The notes beneath the pieces are model-generated. The model saw nothing but the letters and a program-made list of their open reading frames with translations. It was not told the DNA's origin and made no database searches. The translations under genes and the position numbers were made by a program. A stretch of 24,750 nucleotides of DNA from a virus (lineage: Duplodnaviria > Caudoviricetes). This document shows positions 8,512-15,893 of the stretch, piece by piece. Where the stretch lies: IMG/VR virus record IMGVR_UViG_3300025875_000090, positions 1-24,750 of that record. One strand, 5' to 3'. Within the stretch, counting starts at the first letter, position 1, and each line of letters begins with the position of its first letter.

Positions 8512-9270
8512 ATGAAGCTCAACACCCTGGCCCGCCACCCCCGCACCGGTCACCTGCTCGTCCCGGTGGGCTACCGGCGCAACGGCAAGCCGATCTGGCC
8601 GATCCTCGGGGGCTCCGAGCCCCCGGCCCCGCCGACCCCGCCCGGTCCGCCGACCCCGCCCACGCCGCCCGCTTCCCCCGTGCTGCCGACGCCGCCGACG
8701 CCCGCGCCCAACGGCAACGCGACCGACGAGCAGGGCAACGACCTCGGCTTCCCGGCCAACACCGCGGTGGCCGAGATGAGCGACCGGCAGGCGGCGGCCT
8801 ACTGGCGCAACCAGTCCAAGGTCCAGCAGGGGCGGGTGCCCTCCGACCTGGCCGAGCTGCAGCGCAAGGCCGCCGAGCTCGACCAGCTGCGCGCCTCGCA
8901 GCGCACCGACGCCGAGAAGGCCGCCGACGAGGCTCGCGACGCCGGCCGCAGCGAGGGCCGCACGCAGGTCGCCCAGGAGGCGGCTCAGGAGTTCCTCCGC
9001 GCCCAGCTGGCCGTCGGCCGCACCGACGAGCAGGTCAACACGCTCATGCGCGGCGTCTCAGCGGCCGGCTTCGTCGGCCAGGACGCCAAGGTCGACTACT
9101 CGGGGATCCGCCTCTTCGCGGCCACGCTCGGTGGCCCCGCCGGCGGCGGCGACCTCGACATCGGGAACGGACGCCGCGGCGGCACGGGCAAGCCCTCCGT
9201 CGCCGCAGGCCGCTCCCTCCACGCCGACCGGCACCCCTCGCGGGCCGGCGGCGGCACGAACGCCGGCTGA
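8512..9270 (+). CDS. capsid scaffolding protein
   Basis: Pro-rich linker, GFPANTAVAEM...QAAAYWR motif, coiled-coil middle (RTDAEKAADEAR). Position before the decoration and capsid genes. Confidence 0.8.
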   Translation: MKLNTLARHPRTGHLLVPVGYRRNGKPIWPILGGSEPPAPPTPPGPPTPPTPPASPVLPTPPTPAPNGNATDEQGNDLGFPANTAVAEMSDRQAAAYWRNQSKVQQGRVPSDLAELQRKAAELDQLRASQRTDAEKAADEARDAGRSEGRTQVAQEAAQEFLRAQLAVGRTDEQVNTLMRGVSAAGFVGQDAKVDYSGIRLFAATLGGPAGGGDLDIGNGRRGGTGKPSVAAGRSLHADRHPSRAGGGTNAG

Positions 9271-9358
9271 GCTCGTTCCGGGCCTGACGTCGACGTAGCG
9301 GGACCGCTCCGGACCGCGCTCCTCCCGATCCACCCATCCCCTCACGAGAGGTTCCGCC

Positions 9359-9763
9359 ATGCCCAAGCTCCGCACGGAGAGCTTCACGGGCGCGGGCGAC
9401 TTCCGGTGGCTGCGGTCCGACCACAGCATCTGGAACGGCCGCACCGAGTCGCTCGACGTCTCCGCGTTCACCGCGGGCACGCACTACCCGAACGGCTACA
9501 TCCCGTCCGGGACGCCGGTCGCGCTGGTCTCCGGCCAGCTGGTCCCCTACGACTCCACCGAGGCGACCGTCGCCGGCGCCGGCGTGCTCGCCGGCCACGT
9601 CCTCACCGACCAGCCGATCGTCCCCGGCTCGACGGAGGACCTGAACGTCCCGCTGCTCGACCACGGCCGGGTGCGCCCCGACCGCGTGCCGGTCGGCGTC
9701 CAGGCCTTCGTCGCGCCGGTGGCGTACGCGAAGCGCTCCAACGTCACCGTCGTCTACTGCTGA
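9359..9763 (+). CDS. head decoration protein (lambda gpD-like)
   Basis: HYPNGYIPSGTPVA...LVPYD...VPLLDHG.V pattern. 134 aa immediately before the major capsid gene. Confidence 0.8.
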   Translation: MPKLRTESFTGAGDFRWLRSDHSIWNGRTESLDVSAFTAGTHYPNGYIPSGTPVALVSGQLVPYDSTEATVAGAGVLAGHVLTDQPIVPGSTEDLNVPLLDHGRVRPDRVPVGVQAFVAPVAYAKRSNVTVVYC

Positions 9764-9780
9764 GAGGGGTCTGAGACGTC

Positions 9781-10836
9781 ATGCTCTGGACCGATCTGAT
9801 CGACCCCGCCACCCTCACCGGGTACGCGCGGGAGTCCTTGGCCGCCTACGAGGCGCGTCAGGGCACCCTGGCTCGCTGGCTGCCCAACCGCTTCGTCGAG
9901 GACATCGTCGTGCGGTTCATCAAGGGCCGCAGTGGGCTGGTCGACGTCGCGCGGTTCCGCGCGTACGACGCCGAGCTGGAGCCTGGCCGCCGCCCGCAGG
10001 CGAACCGGGTCACGATGGAGCTGCCCGCGCTGGGGCAGTGGATGCCGAACACCGAGTACGAGCAGCTGCGTGGCCGCGGCGGCTCGGTGTCGGACCAGCA
10101 GACGCTGAACACCATCCTGGCGACCACGGACCTGCTGGTGCGTTCGGTGGCCGACGCGATGGAGCGCCTGCGCGGCATCACGGTGAACACCGGCATCGCG
10201 GCGATCACCCAGGACAACTACCGGATGGCCGACGACTTCGGCCGTTCGGCGGGGCTCACCTTCACCGCGCCGGCCCTGTGGTCGGTCGCTGGGACGGACC
10301 GCCTGTCCCAGTTCCAGACGTGGAACGACCTGTACCGCGACGGGGACGGTTCGACGGTCCCCGGTGCCGGCCAGGACGTCGGCGCCTGGGTGATGTCCAC
10401 CCGGGCGTTCCGCGCCCTGACCTCGGGCAGCCAGTTCGCCACGGTCCTCGCTGGCGGTGGGTCGCGCATGGCCAACGCCGACGAGGTCCGGAACACCCTG
10501 CAGTCCTACGGCGTCGCCCCGATCGTGCTGTCCAACCGGCGCGTGCAGGTCGACGGCGTGGTCACCAAGGTGCTGCCCGACGACCGGATCTTCGGGCTCC
10601 CGGCCCCGGTCGACCCGGACGACTTCGCCGGCACGGAGCTCGGCGCGACCTTCTGGGGCCGCACGCTGTCCTCGCTCGAGGCTGGCTGGGGCATCGAGGA
10701 CGGCGAGCAGCCCGGCATCGTCACCGGCGTCTACAAGAACGAGAAGCCGCCCATGGGTCTGGAGATCTTCGCCGACGCCATCGGCGAGCCGGTCCTGGCC
10801 AACGGTGACCTGTCCATGTCCGTGAAGGTGCTCTGA
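9781..10836 (+). CDS. major capsid protein (lambda gpE-like family)
   Basis: 351 aa with A.FRAYDAE, LGATFWG.T and PGIVTGVY motifs of actinobacterial E-type capsids. Gene order agrees. Confidence 0.9.
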   Translation: MLWTDLIDPATLTGYARESLAAYEARQGTLARWLPNRFVEDIVVRFIKGRSGLVDVARFRAYDAELEPGRRPQANRVTMELPALGQWMPNTEYEQLRGRGGSVSDQQTLNTILATTDLLVRSVADAMERLRGITVNTGIAAITQDNYRMADDFGRSAGLTFTAPALWSVAGTDRLSQFQTWNDLYRDGDGSTVPGAGQDVGAWVMSTRAFRALTSGSQFATVLAGGGSRMANADEVRNTLQSYGVAPIVLSNRRVQVDGVVTKVLPDDRIFGLPAPVDPDDFAGTELGATFWGRTLSSLEAGWGIEDGEQPGIVTGVYKNEKPPMGLEIFADAIGEPVLANGDLSMSVKVL

Positions 10837-10838
10837 CG

Positions 10839-11201
10839 ATGGCCACGGTCACCGACAACACCTGGGTCGTCGACCCGGCGGACGGCGGCCCGAAGCTGCT
10901 GTTGGCCGGGGACGACGTCCCGGCGTGGGCGAAGGACCAGGTCGGTTCCCATCTGGTCGAGGGCGGCGACGACGCGGAGCCGACGCCGTACGCCGAGCAG
11001 TCGTTCGCGGACCTCAAGGCGGAGCTCGCGCGCCGCAACGAGGGCCGGGCCGACGAGGACAAGGTCAACCCGGAGGGTCGGGCGTCGATCGCGTCCTACG
11101 CCGCGGCGCTCGACGCCGACGACGCCAAGCAGGCCGCCGCCAGCGGTAGCACGGGCGCCGGCGACCCCGACGGCGACCCGAGCCCCGGCTCCGGGTCCTG
11201 A
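10839..11201 (+). CDS. small head-associated protein with a possible C-terminal SAP/HeH-like helical motif
   Basis: AGDDVPAWA N-terminal motif and Y...SFADLKAELARRN...AAALDADD. Follows the capsid gene. Confidence 0.6.
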   Translation: MATVTDNTWVVDPADGGPKLLLAGDDVPAWAKDQVGSHLVEGGDDAEPTPYAEQSFADLKAELARRNEGRADEDKVNPEGRASIASYAAALDADDAKQAAASGSTGAGDPDGDPSPGSGS

Positions 11202-11218
11202 CGGGAGAGGGGACGCCC

Positions 11219-11710
11219 GTGGCCACCGACGACTACGCCACGTTCGAGGACGTCGTCGCCCGCTGGCGTCCCCTCAACCCCGCCGAGCAGGAGCTGGCCA
11301 CCACGCACATCGGTGACGCCGCGGCCCTGCTCCGGCGCAACATCCCCGACCTCGACGAGCGCATCGCCGCGGACAACGCCGCAGCGGTCGCTGCCGAGAA
11401 CGGGCCCACCGGTGACCTGGCTCGGGCGGTCAAGGCCAAGGTGGCCGGCGTTGTGAAGCGCTACATGGAGAACCCTCAGGGCGCCAAGCAGCTGCAACGC
11501 ACCATCGGCCCGCGGACCCTGGGCATGACCATGCCCGACGGCTCCGCGACCGGGGTGTTCTTCACCGAGGACGAGATGCGGGACCTCCAGCCCACCGCCG
11601 GTCAGCCCGTCGGCGGAGGCCTGGTCTTCGGGACCATCTTCGCCGGGGTCCGGCCGGGCTGGTCCCCACACACCGACCGCCGGCCGGGCGGCTGGTGGCC
11701 GACCGGATGA
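11219..11710 (+). CDS. head-to-tail adaptor (Gp19/Gp15/Gp42-like)
   Basis: YATFEDVVARWRPL...V.R...NP.G....TIGP...FTEDE...L signature. Confidence 0.85.
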   Translation: MATDDYATFEDVVARWRPLNPAEQELATTHIGDAAALLRRNIPDLDERIAADNAAAVAAENGPTGDLARAVKAKVAGVVKRYMENPQGAKQLQRTIGPRTLGMTMPDGSATGVFFTEDEMRDLQPTAGQPVGGGLVFGTIFAGVRPGWSPHTDRRPGGWWPTG

Positions 11711-12354
11711 ACATCCCCGGCGAGTTCGCGCAGCCCGTGCTGATCATCAACCCCGGCGAGACGGCCACCCCGACGGCCGCCGACCTGTGGCAGGGCTCGG
11801 CCGGCAGCAACGGCTCCGGTGGCGGCTTCGACGAGGAGGGCACGCTCCAGGCCGTCTGGACCGGCGTCTTCCCCCCAGGCAGCCAGCTCGAGCCCCTGGC
11901 CGAGGTCCTCGACGTCGAGTCCGGCCGGTGGTTCTGGGTCGCCGCGCTCCCCGAGACGCGCCGGGACCTGCTCACCGGCCTCCCGGACCACGTCGAGGCG
12001 CTGCTCAACACCGTCTACCGGCAACTCGTCGTCGTCGACGTCCTCCGCGACGCCAACGCGACCGACGCCAACGACCTCGGCGACGGGGTCGAGACGACGC
12101 CCGCTGTCCACCTGGCCGGCGTCGCGGCGGCGATCACCGAGGTGACGCGGAAGGTCCCGACGACCGACGCCGACCTGCGAACCGTGCACGTCGTCGTCGG
12201 CTGGCTTCCCGCCGGCACCGACGTCCAGCGCGGCGACCGGATCCGGGTGCCCGCCGGCGACCCGGACGGCGAGATCTACAGCGTCGACGCCGTGACCCAG
12301 CCGATCCAGCAGGGGTTGCTCGACCTCCGGCTCGACCTCACCCGGACCAGCTGA
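11707..12354 (+). CDS. head-to-tail stopper / head closure protein, apparently two tandem domains
   Basis: ATGA overlap with the adaptor gene (the track start is 11695). LPAGTDVQRGDRI...YSVDAV motif. About twice the usual stopper length. Confidence 0.7.
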   Translation: MNIPGEFAQPVLIINPGETATPTAADLWQGSAGSNGSGGGFDEEGTLQAVWTGVFPPGSQLEPLAEVLDVESGRWFWVAALPETRRDLLTGLPDHVEALLNTVYRQLVVVDVLRDANATDANDLGDGVETTPAVHLAGVAAAITEVTRKVPTTDADLRTVHVVVGWLPAGTDVQRGDRIRVPAGDPDGEIYSVDAVTQPIQQGLLDLRLDLTRTS

Positions 12355-12363
12355 GGAGGCGAC

Positions 12364-14196
12364 ATGTACGGAGAGACCTACCGGATCCGGACCACGATCA
12401 ACCCGGACGTCGAGTACGTCGTCGAGGAGGCGGAGTACCTCCAGCTGAAGGAGCTCGGCCTGCTGGTCGGGGAGCCGCTGGGGCCTGAGTCGCCGGGTGT
12501 GCTCGACCAGCTGATGGCCGAGATCGCGGACGACCCGGGCAGCGCGTTCACGGCGGTACAGAGGGCGGCCTTCCGGTCAGAGATCGACGCGGCGATCGAC
12601 GACGGGACCATCGGCGGTGGCGACGCGCTCTCCACCTCGGGCACCGCGCTGATCAAGCTGTTCGGCAGCCTCGCCAACCGCGACGCCGAGCCCGTCATCG
12701 TGCACGTCGACGGCGACTCCTTCACCGGGTTCCTCAGCACCGGCATGTGGCCCACCCGGCTCTCGGCCCTCCTCCAGACCGCCTACCCCAAGGTGTCGGG
12801 GACCTCGCCGCCCATCACCTCCGACGTCGCCACCGCACGCTCCAGCCGGGGCACTGGCGCGCAGGTCGTCAACACGGCCGTCTCCGGACAGGCCAGCGCC
12901 AACTTCCTCACCGAGGAAGCGAACGTCGCCGCCCTCCAGCCGGCCGCCTACATCTGGATGATCGGCACCAACGACGCAGGCGCCGCCGTCACGGCCGCCA
13001 CCTACAAGACCAACCTGCTGGCGCGCATCGCCTACCAGAAGGCCAACAACCCGCGCCCGGTCACCTTCATCCTCGTCCGCACGTACCGCCGGCCGGACCA
13101 GTCCGTGCAGGCGCTGTGGGATCAGTACGGCGTCGCGCTGGCCGAGATCGCCGCGGCCGACCCCAACAACGTCGTGTACCTCGACCTGGCGCCCGTCTTC
13201 GCCCGCCTCGGCGTCCCGGGACCCGACCCGCTGAACCTGGTGCAGGACGGCGACAACCTCCACCCCACCGACCAGGGCCAGGCTCTGCACGCCGACCTGA
13301 TCTGGTCCGCCCTGCGCCTCACCGCGCCGCTGACCGCCGGGCCGGCGACCCAGTCCGGCGGCAGCCCGATCCTGACCAACACCGCCGCCCCCGCGATCAC
13401 CGGCACAGCCGCGACCGGGCAGACGCTCACGGTGTCCAACGGCACCTGGTCGACGACGCCGGACTCCTACAGCCGCCAGTGGAAGCGAGGCGGCACAGCG
13501 ATCTCCGGCGCGACCTCGCAGACCTACGTCCTGGTCCCGGCCGACGAGGGCCAGGCGATCACCTGCACGGTCACCGCCACCAAGACCGGATACGTGGCTG
13601 GCTCCGCCACCTCAAACGCCGCGACACCGCCAGCGTCCGAGGGTGGCGGCGGTGGCGGCATCGTCGACACGTTCAACCGGGCCGACGACGCCACCAGTCT
13701 CGGGACGCCTTCCGACGGGGGTGCGCCCTACGTCACGCTCGGAACCTGGGGCATCAGCGGCAACGCTGCCTACGGGGTGGCCACCGGATCCAACAACTAC
13801 GCCGTGCGGCCGCTCTCAGCTGGGGCAGCCGTCACGGACGCCACGGTCCAGGCCGTGTTCGCCGGCTCGGGGTTCAACAACCTCAGCCTCGCGCTGCTCA
13901 ACCCCGCCAACGTGTCGGGCTACATGCTCTACCAGTTCAGCCAGCTGGAACTCTGGAAGCGATCCTCCACCGGCACCTACACGCTGATCGCTTCCTTCGC
14001 CGGCCAGAGCGTCGCCGCCGGCGACACCCTCAAGCTGGTCAAGTCGGGCAGCAGCCTGTCCGCGTTCAAGAACGGCACACAGCTGGGCACCACTCAGACT
14101 GACGCCACCATCGCGACCGTCACCCACGGTGGCCTGTTGACCTTCGCGGCGAACAGCTCCGCCCGGATCGACACCCTGACGCTGTCGACTCCCTGA
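12364..14196 (+). CDS. SGNH/GDSL hydrolase with Ig-like and C-terminal beta-sandwich (lectin-like) domains, probably virion-associated
   Basis: SGNH blocks GDS (12712-12720), AVSG, IGTND and DNLHP. Ig-like PAITG...GQTLT...GTW...QW.R...ISGAT..TY...D.G..ITC.VT, then a Gly6 linker and a DTFNRAD-starting beta-rich domain. GAGGAGG RBS. Confidence 0.85.
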   Translation: MYGETYRIRTTINPDVEYVVEEAEYLQLKELGLLVGEPLGPESPGVLDQLMAEIADDPGSAFTAVQRAAFRSEIDAAIDDGTIGGGDALSTSGTALIKLFGSLANRDAEPVIVHVDGDSFTGFLSTGMWPTRLSALLQTAYPKVSGTSPPITSDVATARSSRGTGAQVVNTAVSGQASANFLTEEANVAALQPAAYIWMIGTNDAGAAVTAATYKTNLLARIAYQKANNPRPVTFILVRTYRRPDQSVQALWDQYGVALAEIAAADPNNVVYLDLAPVFARLGVPGPDPLNLVQDGDNLHPTDQGQALHADLIWSALRLTAPLTAGPATQSGGSPILTNTAAPAITGTAATGQTLTVSNGTWSTTPDSYSRQWKRGGTAISGATSQTYVLVPADEGQAITCTVTATKTGYVAGSATSNAATPPASEGGGGGGIVDTFNRADDATSLGTPSDGGAPYVTLGTWGISGNAAYGVATGSNNYAVRPLSAGAAVTDATVQAVFAGSGFNNLSLALLNPANVSGYMLYQFSQLELWKRSSTGTYTLIASFAGQSVAAGDTLKLVKSGSSLSAFKNGTQLGTTQTDATIATVTHGGLLTFAANSSARIDTLTLSTP

Positions 14197-14447
14197 GCGC
14201 CGCCCCTAGTGCGAAGGTGATCCGCCCTCGCGGTCGGCGAGGGACTGCTTCTCGGCCAGGTCGAACAGCTTGCTCTCCAGGCGGTCGGCCGCGCGGTCGC
14301 CCTTGCTCGCTCGCACAGCGGCGACGTCCGCGGCGATCATCGCGCGTCGGGCGGCGGCGCGTTCGCCCGGTGTCGAGTTCTCAGGCGTCAGGTAGGGCCG
14401 CTCATCCACGTCAGGCACCGTACCGCCGCTGGCACTAAGGGGGCGCT
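14196..14447. repeat. imperfect inverted repeat bracketing a small antisense gene
   Basis: AGCGCCGCCCCTAGTGC (14196-14212) versus GCACTAAGGGGGCGCT (14432-14447). Confidence 0.6.
14206..14409 (-). CDS. small antisense moron protein (~67 aa), hypothetical
   Basis: Protein-like helical sequence (PYLTPENSTPGERAAARRAMIAADVAAV...). TACGGT lies 7 nt upstream of GTG 14409; the track start at 14418 would overlap this -10. Confidence 0.6.
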   Translation of the reverse strand: MDERPYLTPENSTPGERAAARRAMIAADVAAVRASKGDRAADRLESKLFDLAEKQSLADREGGSPSH

Positions 14448-14463
14448 TCGTTCCAGCGACCGG

Positions 14464-14739
14464 TCAGTCCAGCGGAGGCAGCCCGAAGCGCTCACGTCGG
14501 TTGTCGTCACGAACTTGAGCGCTCACCTGGACGATGCGAGCTCCCGGCAGCTGCTGAGGTTCCACGCGCAGCAACTGGAGTAGCGCCGTGTTGACGGCGG
14601 CCTGCGTCACCTCGTCCGCCTGCGTCAGGCTCCCTCCGGCTTGACGGACAGCGACGAAGCCTGCGTCTCGCAGCGCCAGCTCATCGTCGATCTCGATGCT
14701 CACCTCGAAGGTGACGACCTTCTCCCTCTGCCCCGACAT
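14464..14739 (-). CDS. small antisense moron protein (91 aa), hypothetical
   Basis: MSGQREKVVTFEVSIEIDDELALRDAG... with a beta-alpha-alpha-beta-like pattern. CACACT lies 7 nt upstream of ATG 14739. Confidence 0.65.
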   Translation of the reverse strand: MSGQREKVVTFEVSIEIDDELALRDAGFVAVRQAGGSLTQADEVTQAAVNTALLQLLRVEPQQLPGARIVQVSAQVRDDNRRERFGLPPLD

Positions 14740-14827
14740 GCCAGGCAGTGTGCCCCGCTTCGTCCACATCGGGCGGTCGTCGAACCTGCGGGCCACCGCA
14801 CCGCCTTGACGGGGAGAGGAGGCACAG

Positions 14828-15154
14828 ATGGCCACACGCTGGGTGCTCTACCCCGAGGCGCTCGAGAAGGTGGACGGCGAGCCACTTCTCCAAGACCTCG
14901 CCGACGACGTCGCCCGGGACATGGTCGAACTCGCTCCCGAGCGCACAGGCAACCTCAAGACCGGCGTCCAGGTCACCGAGGTGACCGGGGACCACGCCAA
15001 GATCACCTCGACGCGACCGGCCGGGGGCGGTGGCACGGGGCCGACCCAGCCCGAGTACGCCGAGGAAGTGCCGCTCTTCGTCGAGCAGGGCACCAGTGAC
15101 ACGCCCGCGCAGCCGTACATGCGGCCGGCGCTCTACCGGTACCGGACACCGTGA
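14828..15154 (+). CDS. HK97 gp10-like tail completion protein
   Basis: APERTGNLK and FVEQGTSDTPAQPYMRPAL motifs. GAGGAGG RBS. Confidence 0.9.
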   Translation: MATRWVLYPEALEKVDGEPLLQDLADDVARDMVELAPERTGNLKTGVQVTEVTGDHAKITSTRPAGGGGTGPTQPEYAEEVPLFVEQGTSDTPAQPYMRPALYRYRTP

Positions 15155-15612
15155 CCAGCCCCGGGACTCCGTACCGGCCGCACACCCTGCTCGTTGCCCG
15201 AGGCTGGCTGGAGCTGGCCACCCCCGAGGCCGTACGAGTCGGTGACGGTCTCCCCAAGGCCGACGACGCGCTGCGACAAGTCGGGTTTGTGCGGGTCGCC
15301 ACCGCCGGCGGAAGCCCCTCGGTCGAGAACCCGATGCGGCACCCAGTCGTCGCCGCCGAGTGCTGGGTCGCACCCCCGAAGGAGGGCAGCCAGCTCACCC
15401 CGTGGAACGCCGCAGCTCGACTCGCCGAGTGGGTCATCGCCGCCACCAGCACCCCGCAGCTGCAAGGGCGGCTGGTCGACCTGACCGGCTACGGCGCCTA
15501 CTCGCCCGCCCGGGTCCACACAGTCGTCGCCCTCACCGAACCCCGCCGGGTCGAGGGCGACCCGTCGAACTACGCCCGGTTCGACCTCGACCTGCACTTC
15601 CACTGGAGCTGA
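15151..15612 (+). CDS. tail terminator protein
   Basis: GTGA-coupled to gp10. GFVRV...GGSP...PVV..ECW...PWNAA..LAE...EPRRV.GDPS.YARF pattern and gene order. Confidence 0.75.
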   Translation: MTSPGTPYRPHTLLVARGWLELATPEAVRVGDGLPKADDALRQVGFVRVATAGGSPSVENPMRHPVVAAECWVAPPKEGSQLTPWNAAARLAEWVIAATSTPQLQGRLVDLTGYGAYSPARVHTVVALTEPRRVEGDPSNYARFDLDLHFHWS

Positions 15613-15620
15613 GGAGCGCC

Positions 15621-15890
15621 GTGAACAAGATCCGGACCACCATCTCGCCGACGCAAGAGATCGAGGTCAGCGACGCCGAGCTGACCGACCTCCAGCGGCG
15701 CGGCCTCGTGCTCGAGGGCACCCGCGCGCACACCGAAGCCGGTCTGACCAAGGCGGCCGTCCGCCAGGTCCTCGCCGACGACCCCGACGAGTCCGCTCCC
15801 CCCACGGCCACGCCCCCCAGCCCCGGCGCCACCGACGCCGGCAACACCACCACCACCGAAGCCCCCAGCGGGCAGAACCAGGAGAACTAA
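15621..15890 (+). CDS. 89-aa small protein preceding the major tail gene
   Basis: GAGGAG RBS then GTG 15621. Translation MNKIRTTISPTQEIEVSDAELTDLQRRGLV..., the 3' part of track ORF 15360..15890. Confidence 0.8.
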   Translation: MNKIRTTISPTQEIEVSDAELTDLQRRGLVLEGTRAHTEAGLTKAAVRQVLADDPDESAPPTATPPSPGATDAGNTTTTEAPSGQNQEN

Positions 15891-15893
15891 GCC

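Noticed and set aside
8620-8710. CCGCCGACCCCG-like tandem repeats
   Set aside because: They encode the Pro/Thr linker of the scaffold. There are no spacers, so this is not a CRISPR or DNA-level repeat element.
12353-14823. GAGGAGGC at both ends of the SGNH+moron block as a target-site duplication
   Set aside because: Both copies are simply Shine-Dalgarno sequences, so the match is uninformative.
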